A DNA stretch of 64,000 nt from assembly GCA_963729895.1 (NCBI GenBank), contig CAVSQB010000012.1, positions 75,998-139,997 on the forward strand. The letters are read 5' to 3'. Of the stretch, positions 29,401 to 39,046 are shown piece after piece. Positions within the stretch are counted from its first letter, which is position 1; the number at the start of each line of letters is the position of its first letter. The position numbers were made by a program, and so were the translations under genes. This DNA comes from an uncultured Fibrobacterota bacterium. Its GTDB lineage: Bacteria; Fibrobacterota; Chitinivibrionia; Chitinivibrionales; FEN-1185. Below the pieces are notes generated by a model, which saw nothing but the letters and a program-made list of their open reading frames with translations, was not told the origin of the DNA and searched no databases.

Positions 29401-31493
29401 AATATCAGTTCCCTGTTCGCGGCCATCTTTTCTTCATAAACGAGCGCTATCTTTTCATTGAGGGCAAATGTGTCTTTTTTGGCTACACGCTGGCCTATGG
29501 ATTCCTGAACTCTGTCGTGAATGAAATAGAAAGCGTCTTCAGATTTTCTGATGATGAATCCGAGATTTTCGAGCCTGCGGAGAATCCGGCTTGGTTGCTC
29601 CCTTTCAAAGTCCCCGATTTTCTCCACCACGCTTGTTTCTATTTTTCCCTGAATGAGCGATGCAATCAAAAGGTATCGTTTTTCGTTCTCATCCAGTATG
29701 TCCAGCCTGGAAAGGACTAGAGAGACAGGGTCGAATTTTTCCGGCAATGATTTGATGTCTGTCTTGCTGTATACCCATCCTGTCGGGGAAGGTTTGAGTA
29801 TTGAGGCGTTCACCAGATACTGCATTGCTTCGGAAACAGTGAGCGGATTGCCGTCGGTTTTGGTGCACAACGCTTCATTGAGGACTTCGGCATCCTGAAT
29901 CTCTCCTACACGGGATGAAATCAGCTCCTTGATTTCCACCTTGGAAAAGGGCTTGATATGGAGAGATTTTCTTATTCCGATTTTCCTGAGATCCGTGCCG
30001 AACGCGAAAACGTCGGCTTCTGATTTTTCGGTCCGATAGCAAAGCACAAGCATGCAAGCAGGCTGCATAGCAAGGAATTTCTTGAGCACTTCAAAAGAGA
30101 TTTGGTCTATCCATTGGAAGTCGTCTACGAAGACGATTGATTGTTTGAAAAGGCTGATCGTGGCAAAAAGCCGGGAAAGGACATGGATGATGCGCTCAGC
30201 TTCTTTTTCCTTTTCAACCTTGTCTATCTCCCCCACTTTTTCAAAATGTTCCCGGAGTTCCGGGATTATCGAGCATATGACACCCGAATAATCGGCAAGG
30301 TCCTTCTGCAAGATTTCCCTGAACCGGTCTTTTTCGCCGGAGCCAGAAAACGCGATTTTCGAAAGGAGTTGAAGTACGACGTGGCGGACAACGGAATACG
30401 GCTGGCTCGAACTGAACCTGTTGCACTTCGAAGAAAGGAACAATGTCTTTTCTTCGTTTACCTTTACCTTGAACTTGTTAACGATCTCGGTTTTGCCAAC
30501 GCCCGACTTTCCAAAGATCAGGAACGAAGAACCTTTCCCCTGGTTCAGTTGGTCGTGCCCGCGGCAAAGAGCGTCAATTTCAGTGTCCCGGCCGACAAAA
30601 CTTTTTGAGCGGCCGGCCGCTATTATGGTGTCCCTTTCGCCAGGAACAAATGTTTTCTTGCCTTCTTCCTTGATGCAGAGAATTGCCTGTTCCACGTCGT
30701 GCTTGAACCCGCTTGCAGTCTGATACCGGTCGTCAGGAGAGGGTTTTAAGGATTTAAGAAGAATGGTATTAAGAAACGCAGGAATATTTCTAACCGGTTT
30801 CACTTCGGTTTTGAGCGTAAATTTGAGCAGTTCTTCAATAGAATCCTTATGATCTGGAAAAGGCAGGCTGCCTGAGATCATCCTGTAGAGCATGATCCCT
30901 GCGCAGAAAAGGTCGGAGCGGGAATCAATCTTGAAATCCGTAAACCCCATTTGCTCGGGCGAAAGATAAGGCAAAGTTCCTACAATGGCGCCCTCGGGCA
31001 GCTTTCGCGCTTCATCTTCAAACATGGAAAGGCCAAAATCAAGAAGTTCCAGGCCCCGTTCATCATTGATATAAATATTGTGCGGGTTCAGGTCGCAATG
31101 GATGATGCCCCTCGCATGGATATATTCGAGCGCGTCCAGGATCTGACGAGCATACGAGAGAGCTTCCTCGGGCGATAATGCCTTCTTATTCTCGCAGATT
31201 TTTGCAAGAGTTGTTCCTTGACGGTATGGATACACGATCGAATATGTGGTCTCGTCGGCAAATGTCTCTGCGGGCTTCGCAATGTTCGGGTGGTCGAACG
31301 AAGATACGGTGTCAACTTCTTTCCTGAACCGTATTTTTCTTTGAAGCGCCTCACTCGAAGCGTCTTTGTGCTCCTTTAGGGACTTTAGGAGAAAATGCTC
31401 GCCTGTTTCCTTTTTCCTGGTAAGAAATACATCACTGTCCCGGCTGGTGGAAATCAGGTTAACAACTTCGAATTTGGTTAACAAACCTTTCAT
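26382..31493 (-). CDS. Multidomain Ser/Thr kinase - AAA ATPase - TPR-like - GAF - histidine kinase
   Basis: HCDLNPHN/DFG/GTLPYLSPEQ; FVGR, GKSGVGKT, FVDDFQWID, GNPL, F.HDRVQE; RSVLCVPL..VYL.N GAF; HDIKN, NIFSNAAKY, GLGLFFC; last 7 codons supplied by IS end. Confidence 0.9.
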   Translation of the reverse strand: MKGLLTKFEVVNLISTSRDSDVFLTRKKETGEHFLLKSLKEHKDASSEALQRKIRFRKEVDTVSSFDHPNIAKPAETFADETTYSIVYPYRQGTTLAKICENKKALSPEEALSYARQILDALEYIHARGIIHCDLNPHNIYINDERGLELLDFGLSMFEDEARKLPEGAIVGTLPYLSPEQMGFTDFKIDSRSDLFCAGIMLYRMISGSLPFPDHKDSIEELLKFTLKTEVKPVRNIPAFLNTILLKSLKPSPDDRYQTASGFKHDVEQAILCIKEEGKKTFVPGERDTIIAAGRSKSFVGRDTEIDALCRGHDQLNQGKGSSFLIFGKSGVGKTEIVNKFKVKVNEEKTLFLSSKCNRFSSSQPYSVVRHVVLQLLSKIAFSGSGEKDRFREILQKDLADYSGVICSIIPELREHFEKVGEIDKVEKEKEAERIIHVLSRLFATISLFKQSIVFVDDFQWIDQISFEVLKKFLAMQPACMLVLCYRTEKSEADVFAFGTDLRKIGIRKSLHIKPFSKVEIKELISSRVGEIQDAEVLNEALCTKTDGNPLTVSEAMQYLVNASILKPSPTGWVYSKTDIKSLPEKFDPVSLVLSRLDILDENEKRYLLIASLIQGKIETSVVEKIGDFEREQPSRILRRLENLGFIIRKSEDAFYFIHDRVQESIGQRVAKKDTFALNEKIALVYEEKMAANRELIFNAAEYYLKSKNLVKAIQVCYEAARYASEKVAFDIATRYFRNTSMMASQCPGLGLSVPVDLIKVQMDFGNVLMMTGRNQQALNTFLKLLEKPEALEKYQQLEVKYRVGAIYHNMGEFDNSITYFTEALDQLGAKHSFRKPNIFFLLLFEVVVQICFSSGIKRFLPKIRNQSILLSVRILNKLSYSFFFKDMIFALYAHFKALNYADRLEDSFEKAETYSFHMVPAFQMFLKRRAFKYMDRAIHISEEINRRDILAFAKFAGGLIHICDAKWKDAELLIDSSLHDYQSIGDFGGQIVPIENLGWLYEKRGELNRSLVMFNKENDLCAECNDARGKLNSLGSRSYLQELLGISQKNECENILSGQNGVNDSLVRTIANKYLLKINLLNNNLAQSLSVSSEILRTIKEKSLSQEYVASSYSDHCEILINRKTSGLDNENIFKGSKIPKGLGKNSAFAYFSGIRYPAHMGAALRCLAWYNAFKGRRRVAKYLFQKAIKKHHTLDMRYEEAKSLRDYGLFLEDCNLPGLARDQFNAAYRLFHQCGAVLETERLKDKVDIIIMEYKKDAPEKKADLQTSMSEVSQLRIDTLYEMSASMREIDNLDALLRQILSAMIKATGAQYGCILLEANEEDGIAAKTMGMNFDGAVMDAKDMHYSEKIIEETRKQKSIVLVKNAPKENLEKADTDRVRSVLCVPLCHGEYYMGCVYLGNDMVSGLFSESAKKAAQILSAQADVLLHNAYLMEEFKRLNRNLEKKVKEQTSDIEEKNKELQNFSVKVIESERMKDILGGTIVHDIKNYTSGIEGNATLLARQYPNDPKILKTSRIISDCCLSIVSLASNLLDIGKMEDGKLTLKKEMLTRSVLFDMADQLKHNVMFEEKGIAVSVVDNTSDLFAVEADFYLVERVMQNIFSNAAKYVPKGGRVVLSLDIAHNENMLTFFNSGNPISDEEKGFLFDKYARVDSKGSQYSKGLGLFFCKMVMIAHNGRIWLDTDDTGNYFKLAFKCEMVDFS

Positions 31494-31618
31494 GGGTACC
31501 TTTGACAAGCAAAGGGAAGTTGAAGGTAAATCTGAATACGGAAAGGCCTATGGAATGCGATGATTTATTCTATAATAGTTTATGCAACATTGTCAAGAAA
31601 AACATCGACCATCCCATG

Positions 31619-33391
31619 CTAAACCTTTTCCTGAATTACTTTTTTGAGCGCCTTCATAAGCGCCGATGTAGGCTTGAAATCCTCCAGGTTCTTTATGTCT
31701 TGAATGAACTTTACAGCTCGAGGTTTTAGTGGCAGCATCTCATCTTTGTCATAGTCAATTTCGATTATTGAGGATGATCTTTGATTTTCATAAGACGCTA
31801 TTGCGTCTTTGAATGAAGATCGTATCGAAATAATATCAACCGCTCTGAAGTAGTTGACGCCAAATGCTTCGGAAAACTTCTTAAGGTCAGGCATGAAAAA
31901 CGATGTGCAATATTCAAGATTGTCATAAATCAGCTTCTGCGCCCATTCCACCACATTGTAACGGTTCTCCACGAAAATAACCCAGATAATCGGTATCTTG
32001 TACTGCTGAGCGGTCGCTATCTCCATGCCATGCATTAGGAATGCACCATCACCTGAAATCGAAAAAACCATTTTTGCAGGGAGGGCCTTTTTTCCTCCAA
32101 TGCATCCAGCTATTGCCTGACCCATGGTGTAGTTGCACATAGTAATGGAATATGCGTTTTTTCGAGTTTTTAGGTTGCGCAATGAGAAATAGCCATTTGC
32201 TCCAATATCGCAAAACGTTATTGAGCCCAAGGGCAAAAGTTCTGAGATTTCTTTGAAGATTCTTTGAGGTTTTAAAGGCGAAACAGAATCATTCATTTCG
32301 GCAATATTCGCCTTGTTCTCCAGGGCTATTTTTTCTTTCACGTCTTCGGCATAGTATCTTTTGGAAATCGCGTTTCCGAGCTCAGTGGTGATTCTTGAGA
32401 TAATTTCACCAAGATCGCCGGTTGTTGCAAGAAAAACGGGGTAGTTACGTCCGATGTCATACCCGTCAACATCGACTTGAATCAATTTCTTCCCTGTAAA
32501 TAGATTCGGATCAAATTTTAATGTAGCGAACTCACCAAAATCCTCACCTATCGCAACTATCACGTCACTTTCCTTGATAAGCACTTCGGCGCTTCTATGA
32601 CCGTACAAATCCAACACCCCGCCAAAAAAGGGAGAAAACTCGTCTACAAGACCTTTCGCGCTCGCGGTAACAATTACGGGAACGCCAAATCTTTCAAAAA
32701 GCTCTTGAAGTTTGTCCGATACGTTCGGGAACCAACACCTTTGGCCTATCAGCAGAAGAGGTTTCGCAGAGTTCTTGAGCTCCTCAACTATCTTGGTAAT
32801 TTGCTTTGTCTCCACCTTCCCACTTTCTGTACAACGATATTCATTTTTGGAAATCCGCGAAAAGCTGATCTGTTTCTCAAAATGATCCGTTGGAACCAAT
32901 AGATGAACTGGCCCTTTTCTTCCATTCAAAGAACACCTGCACAAATCCCTAATGTGATAAGGTACATTTTCAGGATCTACAGCGGTAATTGTCTTTTTTG
33001 TAACCTCTTTCATAACAGTAGAAACTGAATAGGTGTTACCAATTCCAGAATCTTCCTGAAAAGAATTGCGTCCCCACAAATATGTAGGGACTATTGGAGT
33101 AAGCACAAAGCAGGGAATATTTGCCTTATACATTTCGGCTATTCCGGCAAGAAGATTCATGGCGCCAGGACCCGCTGTGCCAAGAATTAGCGCAGGTTTT
33201 TGGGCAAACTTTGCGTAGTTTAATGCCATCAGGCTTGCCGCGCCTTCATGCTTAACGGAAATGAATTCTATACTTGATTGCCCCAAAGCGTTAAAAAACG
33301 CCAGATAATGTGAGCCTGTTATTCCGAATGCGCATTCTATACCCTCTTCCTCTAAACACTGAACAATTGCTTGCGCGACAGTTATTTTCAT
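31619..33391 (-). CDS. Thiamine-pyrophosphate-dependent enzyme (acetolactate synthase-like / acyloin synthase family)
   Basis: KHEGAA catalytic Glu, TAGPGAMN, GPVHL, GDGAFLMHG.E..TA ... ENRY ThDP motif. Confidence 0.9.
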   Translation of the reverse strand: MKITVAQAIVQCLEEEGIECAFGITGSHYLAFFNALGQSSIEFISVKHEGAASLMALNYAKFAQKPALILGTAGPGAMNLLAGIAEMYKANIPCFVLTPIVPTYLWGRNSFQEDSGIGNTYSVSTVMKEVTKKTITAVDPENVPYHIRDLCRCSLNGRKGPVHLLVPTDHFEKQISFSRISKNEYRCTESGKVETKQITKIVEELKNSAKPLLLIGQRCWFPNVSDKLQELFERFGVPVIVTASAKGLVDEFSPFFGGVLDLYGHRSAEVLIKESDVIVAIGEDFGEFATLKFDPNLFTGKKLIQVDVDGYDIGRNYPVFLATTGDLGEIISRITTELGNAISKRYYAEDVKEKIALENKANIAEMNDSVSPLKPQRIFKEISELLPLGSITFCDIGANGYFSLRNLKTRKNAYSITMCNYTMGQAIAGCIGGKKALPAKMVFSISGDGAFLMHGMEIATAQQYKIPIIWVIFVENRYNVVEWAQKLIYDNLEYCTSFFMPDLKKFSEAFGVNYFRAVDIISIRSSFKDAIASYENQRSSSIIEIDYDKDEMLPLKPRAVKFIQDIKNLEDFKPTSALMKALKKVIQEKV

Positions 33392-33469
33392 TGTGTAGTC
33401 AATCTCCACTGTTGATTGTTGCCATTAGCAAAATAGTATACCAATATCTTTAGAACAAGCGATAATGCC

Positions 33470-34774
33470 GTGAGAATAGCCCTCGTTTCGCCAAGAGTTA
33501 ATTTTTCAACAACCATTAAACGATTGCAGGAATTCTGGTACAAATCCAGCGAGGCCTCCCCATACAGGAATTACTGGTCTGGAGTTGGATCAGGTCTCCT
33601 TACAGTTGCCGCACTGACTCCCCTGCACCATCAAGTTATTTTCGTCGACGAAAATGTTGAAGAAATCGATTTTAGTCAATCCTTTGACTTGGTGGGCATC
33701 TCTGCGATGACGCAGCAATCCGTACGGGCTTACGAAATTGCGGATGAGTTTAGAAGAAGAGGTACGACAGTTGTTTTTGGAGGCATTCATTCAACATTGT
33801 TGCCAGAAGAAGCGAAACTTCACGCTAATTCTGTTGTTGTCGGTGAAGCTGAGTACCTTTGGCAGAGTCTATTGACAGATGTCGAAAATCATTGCCTAAA
33901 GCCTTTTTATCATTCGGAACGGAAGGTGAGTCTTGCAGATTCACCTATTCCGCGTTTTGATTTGTGTAAGAGTGGAAACTACAACATGGTATGGATGCAG
34001 ATGTCCCGCGGTTGTCCGCATGATTGCGAATATTGTACAGCTTCAAAGATATTCGGCAAGAGGTTCCGGAATAAGGATCTGTCTCAAGTCATTAACGAGA
34101 TCCAACTGGTAAAGAATCTATTTCCGGAATCAAGAATCGCATTTGCCGATGACAATATTCTTGTTAACAAACGGCTATTGCAGCCGCTGCTGGCTGAGCT
34201 GTCGCAACTCGACATCAGGTGGCACGCGCAGACAGATATTTCAATTGGCAAAGACGGCAAACTCTTGGAGCTATTTAGAAAAAGTGGATGTACTTTTCTG
34301 TTCATCGGTTTGGAGAGTCTTTCTGTTGAGGGACTCAGTTCAATTGACGAATCGGGTTGGAAGGCTAACCAGCTAAAGAATTACTCAAGGTACATCCAGA
34401 ATATTCAATCGTTGGGGATCGGGGTGATGGGAGCTTTTATGATAGGGTTGGATAGCGATGATCTATCTTCGCTGAAGAGAATTGAAGATTTCATTATCGA
34501 AAACAACCTGTATGCTGCTTCAATCACCATTCTCACTCCGTTGCCGGGTACGCGATTGAGAAGACGGCTGGAAGCAGAAGGCAGAATTCTTTCCAGCAAA
34601 TGGGGCGACTATACCGGCTACAATGTTAATCATTTGCCCAAAGGAATGACGGTGCAGGAATTGGAAACCGGTTTTGTAGACACTTACGAACGAATCTACA
34701 GCAAAGATTTCTATGTAAAAAAGATGATGTATTTCAAGCAAATTCAGAAACAGCTTGCAACAGCTTCGGCATAA
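33470..34774 (+). CDS. B12-binding radical SAM protein
   Basis: LLTVAALTP, DLVGISAMT, VFGGIHST, VGEAE, SRGCPHDCEYC, FADDN, IGLES, TPLPGT. Confidence 0.9.
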   Translation: MRIALVSPRVNFSTTIKRLQEFWYKSSEASPYRNYWSGVGSGLLTVAALTPLHHQVIFVDENVEEIDFSQSFDLVGISAMTQQSVRAYEIADEFRRRGTTVVFGGIHSTLLPEEAKLHANSVVVGEAEYLWQSLLTDVENHCLKPFYHSERKVSLADSPIPRFDLCKSGNYNMVWMQMSRGCPHDCEYCTASKIFGKRFRNKDLSQVINEIQLVKNLFPESRIAFADDNILVNKRLLQPLLAELSQLDIRWHAQTDISIGKDGKLLELFRKSGCTFLFIGLESLSVEGLSSIDESGWKANQLKNYSRYIQNIQSLGIGVMGAFMIGLDSDDLSSLKRIEDFIIENNLYAASITILTPLPGTRLRRRLEAEGRILSSKWGDYTGYNVNHLPKGMTVQELETGFVDTYERIYSKDFYVKKMMYFKQIQKQLATASA

Positions 34775-36141
34775 CTACGAGACTCAAATATTATCTTGGT
34801 CGGCATCTTCCGCCCTCCAATATTTTCCCCGCACCACTTTTTGAATCCTTCCTCAGCCTCTGGACCCTTGTTTCTTAACTTCACCCACGCAACAACTCTC
34901 GCACCAATCACTTCATCTGGCTCGTGTCTTATCTTGACTTCCGCAATACTCTTATTCATCATCATCAACCGTTCCAACTCAGCGGGATACACTTTGTTGC
35001 CGCTTACGTTTATCATGAGCGGCCTTGGTTCCGTCAGATACAGGTATCCGTCGCTGTCCATTCTGCCAATATCGCCGGTATATAGCGAGCCGTTTCGCAA
35101 TACTTGCCGCGTCGATGCTTCGTTGTTGAAGTACCCCTTGAAAACGTTCTTGCCTTTTACGCATATCTGGCCGGATTCGCCAGCGGAAAGTACCTGATCC
35201 TGGTCTCCAAGTATTCCGATTTCGCAACATGGAAATGCGCGGCCGACGGAATCCGTCTTGATGGCGTCCTTCGGCCTATGCCATGTGCAAATTGGAGACG
35301 CTTCGGTAAGCCCGTATCCTTCGCGGATGGCAATGCCAGTGCTCTTTTCAAATGATTCAAAGACCGTTTTGGATAACTTGCACCCGCCGCATACGCAGCT
35401 TTGCACAGATTGGAAGGTCTTTCTTGGAGCGGGCAGTCGTCTAAAAAAGTGGTAAACTAGAGGCACTGCGTAGATGTGCGTTGCCTTTCGCGATTTAAGC
35501 TGACCACCAACCCTTCTGAATGCTGCGAAATCGGACATGTCCTCAATAAGAACATCTCCCTTAACCAGCGAAGGAGCTATCAATCCTGTCTGCAAAGCAA
35601 ACAAATGATGCAATGGGATAACGGCGCAGGAAACCGTGCCTTTTTGCACACTGTTGACCTCTACAACTGCCTCCGCATTCGCCCTCAAACTCTCATTCGT
35701 CAGCATCGCCCCTTTTGCATACCCATCGCTTGCATTCGTGTACAGTATCAAGCACACATCCTCCAGCCCCTCCAACCGCTTCTCCTCAATCTTGCTATCC
35801 CTGAATTCAAACTCTTTTTCAAAATCAAGCGTGTCCGTAGTTTTGCCGATGCGTATGAGAGCGCCCGGCACCGTGTCGTTCATCATCTCGGCAAGCTCCA
35901 GCTTGCCTATGGCGGGGTCCACCAGGACGCAAATTCTCCCGGACTTAATTATGCCGAAAAAGGCATACACCATCTTGATATGATTTGGCGCAAACAGGTA
36001 GACAAACGGCGAGTTGGACGTAATCCGTTTATTGAGACATTCCGCAACGGAATCGATGTTCTGCCGGACCACGTCGGGAGAATAGGTTTTGCCGCGGAAA
36101 TAGATGTTGCCGAAATTGAGCCTGTCGGTGAGCAAAGCCAT
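34744..36141 (-). CDS. Adenylate-forming (AMP-binding, acyl-CoA synthetase-like) protein with atypical motifs
   Basis: EGYGLTE, SVGR, YTGDIG, NKVYPAELE; P-loop reads YTNASDGYAKG. Confidence 0.85.
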   Translation of the reverse strand: MALLTDRLNFGNIYFRGKTYSPDVVRQNIDSVAECLNKRITSNSPFVYLFAPNHIKMVYAFFGIIKSGRICVLVDPAIGKLELAEMMNDTVPGALIRIGKTTDTLDFEKEFEFRDSKIEEKRLEGLEDVCLILYTNASDGYAKGAMLTNESLRANAEAVVEVNSVQKGTVSCAVIPLHHLFALQTGLIAPSLVKGDVLIEDMSDFAAFRRVGGQLKSRKATHIYAVPLVYHFFRRLPAPRKTFQSVQSCVCGGCKLSKTVFESFEKSTGIAIREGYGLTEASPICTWHRPKDAIKTDSVGRAFPCCEIGILGDQDQVLSAGESGQICVKGKNVFKGYFNNEASTRQVLRNGSLYTGDIGRMDSDGYLYLTEPRPLMINVSGNKVYPAELERLMMMNKSIAEVKIRHEPDEVIGARVVAWVKLRNKGPEAEEGFKKWCGENIGGRKMPTKIIFESRSYAEAVASCF

Positions 36142-36195
36142 GGTTTCAGGTTCCTTTGTAGAGAGATTGTGCCGGATTGGTCGCAAAAGCCTTAT

Positions 36196-37489
36196 GGGGA
36201 CCTCTAAAAATTGCCTAATTTGCCCAATTAATGCTTGACAAAGGCTATTTCGTCAATTATTTTAATTCCAGACAACAAACCTGCGAACCCACTACCGTCT
36301 GGAGGATATTGCGATGGGACAGATAGGCCTTTTTGACCTTGAGAATCGCCTTTCCGAGCTTTCCGAAATGGGAGACCCTCTTGAAACCATCAATCGGGCC
36401 ATACGTTGGAAGAGTTTTCGTCCTGTTATTGACAAGGCTTTTCGCAAGGAACGGAAGAGCAACGCCGGTCGTCCACCGTACGATTATATCCTGATGTTCA
36501 AGATTCTCGTGTTGCAGACGATGTATGGGCTTTCCGATGCGCAAACCCAGTTTCAGATTCTGGACCGATTGACGTTCAAACGGTTTCTTGAACTCACTTC
36601 CGAGGATAGCATTCCCGACGAGAAAACGGTCTGGTTGTTTCGGGAAACGCTGACACAAGCAGGCGTTGTCAAGAAGCTGTTTGACCTGTTCGGTCGTCAG
36701 TTGAACGAAGCGGGTTACACTGCCCAGAAAGGCCAAATAATAGATGCGAGTTTTGTCGAGGTACCTCGCCAGAGAAACACGCGGGAGGAGAATAAAGAAA
36801 TCAAGAACGGGGGCACGCCGCAGGAATGGGAAAAGCACCCTGAGAAACTTCGTCAGAAAGATGTTGATGCGCGATGGACGAAGAAGAACGATCAGACGTT
36901 TTTTGGCTACAAGAACCATGCGTCGGTAGACGCGAAGCATAAAATCATTCGAGACTATGCGGCGACATCCGCAGAAGTGCACGACTCCAATATGCTTGAA
37001 CCTCTCCTTAATCCTGAGAACACGAACGCGGACGTGTTTGCCGACAGCGCGTATCATTCGGAAAAGGCGGAACAAAGGCTTGATTATCTCTGGTACAGAA
37101 GCAAAATATGTGTCAAAGGGACTCGTGGCGCACCATTGACGGAAGCACAATTGGCACAGAACCGGAAGAAATCCAAAGTCAGATCGCGTATAGAACATGT
37201 GTTTGCTCAAATAGAAATCATGTTTCGTGGCAGGATCAGGTGTATCGGGCGGCTGAGGGCCGCGGCGAAGATAGGACTCCTGAACCTGGTTTACAACATA
37301 AAACGCTTTGCATATCTTGAGTGCCACGCCTGAAAAGCGGGACAGGACCGCACAAGGCCCCCAAAGGGACCGAAAAAAGAACAGTTTTGGGCACCTATCA
37401 GACAAATAGACGCCCTGACATCGCGAAATAATACTATCTGTCAACATGATCTTGGAATCTACTATTTTACAGAATTTTTAGAGGTCCCC
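36196..37489 (+). mobile_element. IS5-family IS with transposase 36314-37333
   Basis: IRs GGGGACCTCTAAAAATT; TSD TTAT (36192-36195, 37490-37493); GRPPY, IIDASFV, D.DARWTKK, GYKNH, ADSAY, R.RIEHVF. Confidence 0.92.
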
Positions 37490-37744
37490 TTATGAAGCAG
37501 CGCCGGCCTTTGTCATCTCTCCATCGAGCACGGCCAGGAACTCGTTGAAAGAACCGGCTTCCATGGCTGAAATCGGAAGCTCGATGTTGAGTTCGGTCTC
37601 AAGTTTTGCCAATACGGCAACGAATTGCATTGAATCAAGGTTTACCTGTTCACGTAGGTTCTTTGTTGCGTCAATGGCCTCAGGGTCCATGTTGACAACA
37701 GCCCGTATGATGCCGTAGATCCTTTTTCTTGTTGCATCGTTCAT
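37490..37744 (-). CDS. Acyl carrier protein
   Basis: 84 aa, acidic, LDSM phosphopantetheine site, LE.EL.IELP. Confidence 0.85.
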   Translation of the reverse strand: MNDATRKRIYGIIRAVVNMDPEAIDATKNLREQVNLDSMQFVAVLAKLETELNIELPISAMEAGSFNEFLAVLDGEMTKAGAAS

Positions 37745-37789
37745 GTCATCCCCCACTTCCGGATAAACCGATCCTTGCAGCAATGCCGC

Positions 37790-39004
37790 TCAATTCTGAT
37801 CGAGACGACGGCCTAAAACTTTTGCATTATTGTCATTCAATATCTTTTCAACATCAGAAGATCGCTGATGCCTTGCAAGTTCTTTAGTTTTATTGAGTTC
37901 GAAAAAGAACCTTTTGTAATGGTTTAGTTCGTCGTTTGTATAAACATGCTTTCCGGTGGAAAGCGATATGCCCAGGTTCGGAAGGCCGTTCAGTTTCTTA
38001 AGAAACAAATCCAGTTTTTCGCGTGTGATATTGCCTCTTCCCCACGAGCATGGCAGAGAGTCGTCGAGCGCAAGGAGAATTCCTTCAATCTGGCAGCCAA
38101 AAAAAGTATCGGGAGAAGCAAGCCCGATGTCAAATCCGGGATCAAGAGCAAACGGAAGGGAAACGATGCCCCCATGGTATATAAAAACGTCTTTACGCAA
38201 AGGGTCTGCCACCGTCACATTTTGTGGAAAGGACGCGTCGCACACGATTGTACCGGGCTTGAAATCATCCTGCGAGTACATGGGCACATAGGCGCTTGTC
38301 ACAAAGATAATAATGCCGGATTGTTGGACCGCCCTGTTGTTGTCGGTTGTTATTTCCACGCTGCACGTCAAAATGTCCTTCCGGCTTTCCTGAAGCGCTT
38401 CCAGCGGGCCTATGCTGCGGGCGGTAAGGATCATTTTCTTTACCTTGTTTCCGAAATAAGAAACGCACCCGCTGCCGATGTCCCCCGAGGCGCCAACGAT
38501 GCCGAGGGTCGCCTTGCTCATATCAACCCCGAGTTCCGCGGTTGTCTTCTCGATGGAACGGACGATCACGGCGGCGGTCAAGGTGTTGCCGGACGTAAGC
38601 TTTATCTCATGTTTCTGAGCAAAGTCCTGCTCTTGTCCTTGCAGGACAATGGACGTAAATGCGCCCAGCGCGGCCACGCTGCACCCTGCGTCCGCGCTTA
38701 TGGAGAGCGCCTGGTCTATCTTTTCCACCACTTTCCGCAGGCGAATGTCCTTCATGTCGGGCAGAAACGGCACCATAATGAGGTGTGCACCGAAATAGTC
38801 TTTTTTGTCAAAGGTAAGGTCCTGCCAGTCGGTTACCTTGTAGGAAGGCGCCCATTCGAAGAGCTTGAGCAGGAGTTTGTCGCTGTAGGTCTTATCCGGC
38901 TTGAGATACCGGATGTAGGCCTTGTAGAGTTCCATGTCGGCCGGATGGCCGACAAAGGCCACTTTCGTTTTACGACCGTCGTTTACGAGGCTTCCGTTTG
39001 TCAT
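37790..39004 (-). CDS. Long-chain acyl-ACP reductase (cyanobacterial AAR-like)
   Basis: ALGAFTSIV, TSGNTLTA, IVGASGDIGS, DASFPQN, FGCQIEGILL, SWGRGNIT.EK, collinear with AAR motifs. Confidence 0.75.
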   Translation of the reverse strand: MTNGSLVNDGRKTKVAFVGHPADMELYKAYIRYLKPDKTYSDKLLLKLFEWAPSYKVTDWQDLTFDKKDYFGAHLIMVPFLPDMKDIRLRKVVEKIDQALSISADAGCSVAALGAFTSIVLQGQEQDFAQKHEIKLTSGNTLTAAVIVRSIEKTTAELGVDMSKATLGIVGASGDIGSGCVSYFGNKVKKMILTARSIGPLEALQESRKDILTCSVEITTDNNRAVQQSGIIIFVTSAYVPMYSQDDFKPGTIVCDASFPQNVTVADPLRKDVFIYHGGIVSLPFALDPGFDIGLASPDTFFGCQIEGILLALDDSLPCSWGRGNITREKLDLFLKKLNGLPNLGISLSTGKHVYTNDELNHYKRFFFELNKTKELARHQRSSDVEKILNDNNAKVLGRRLDQN

Positions 39005-39046
39005 GGGGCTGGTCGCGTCCGCTGCATGCCGTGATCAGGCAGGCAG

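Noticed and set aside
31619..33391. Calling the ThDP enzyme ilvB
   Set aside because: No ilvN/ilvC neighbours, atypical composition and secondary-metabolism context; only the family level is supported
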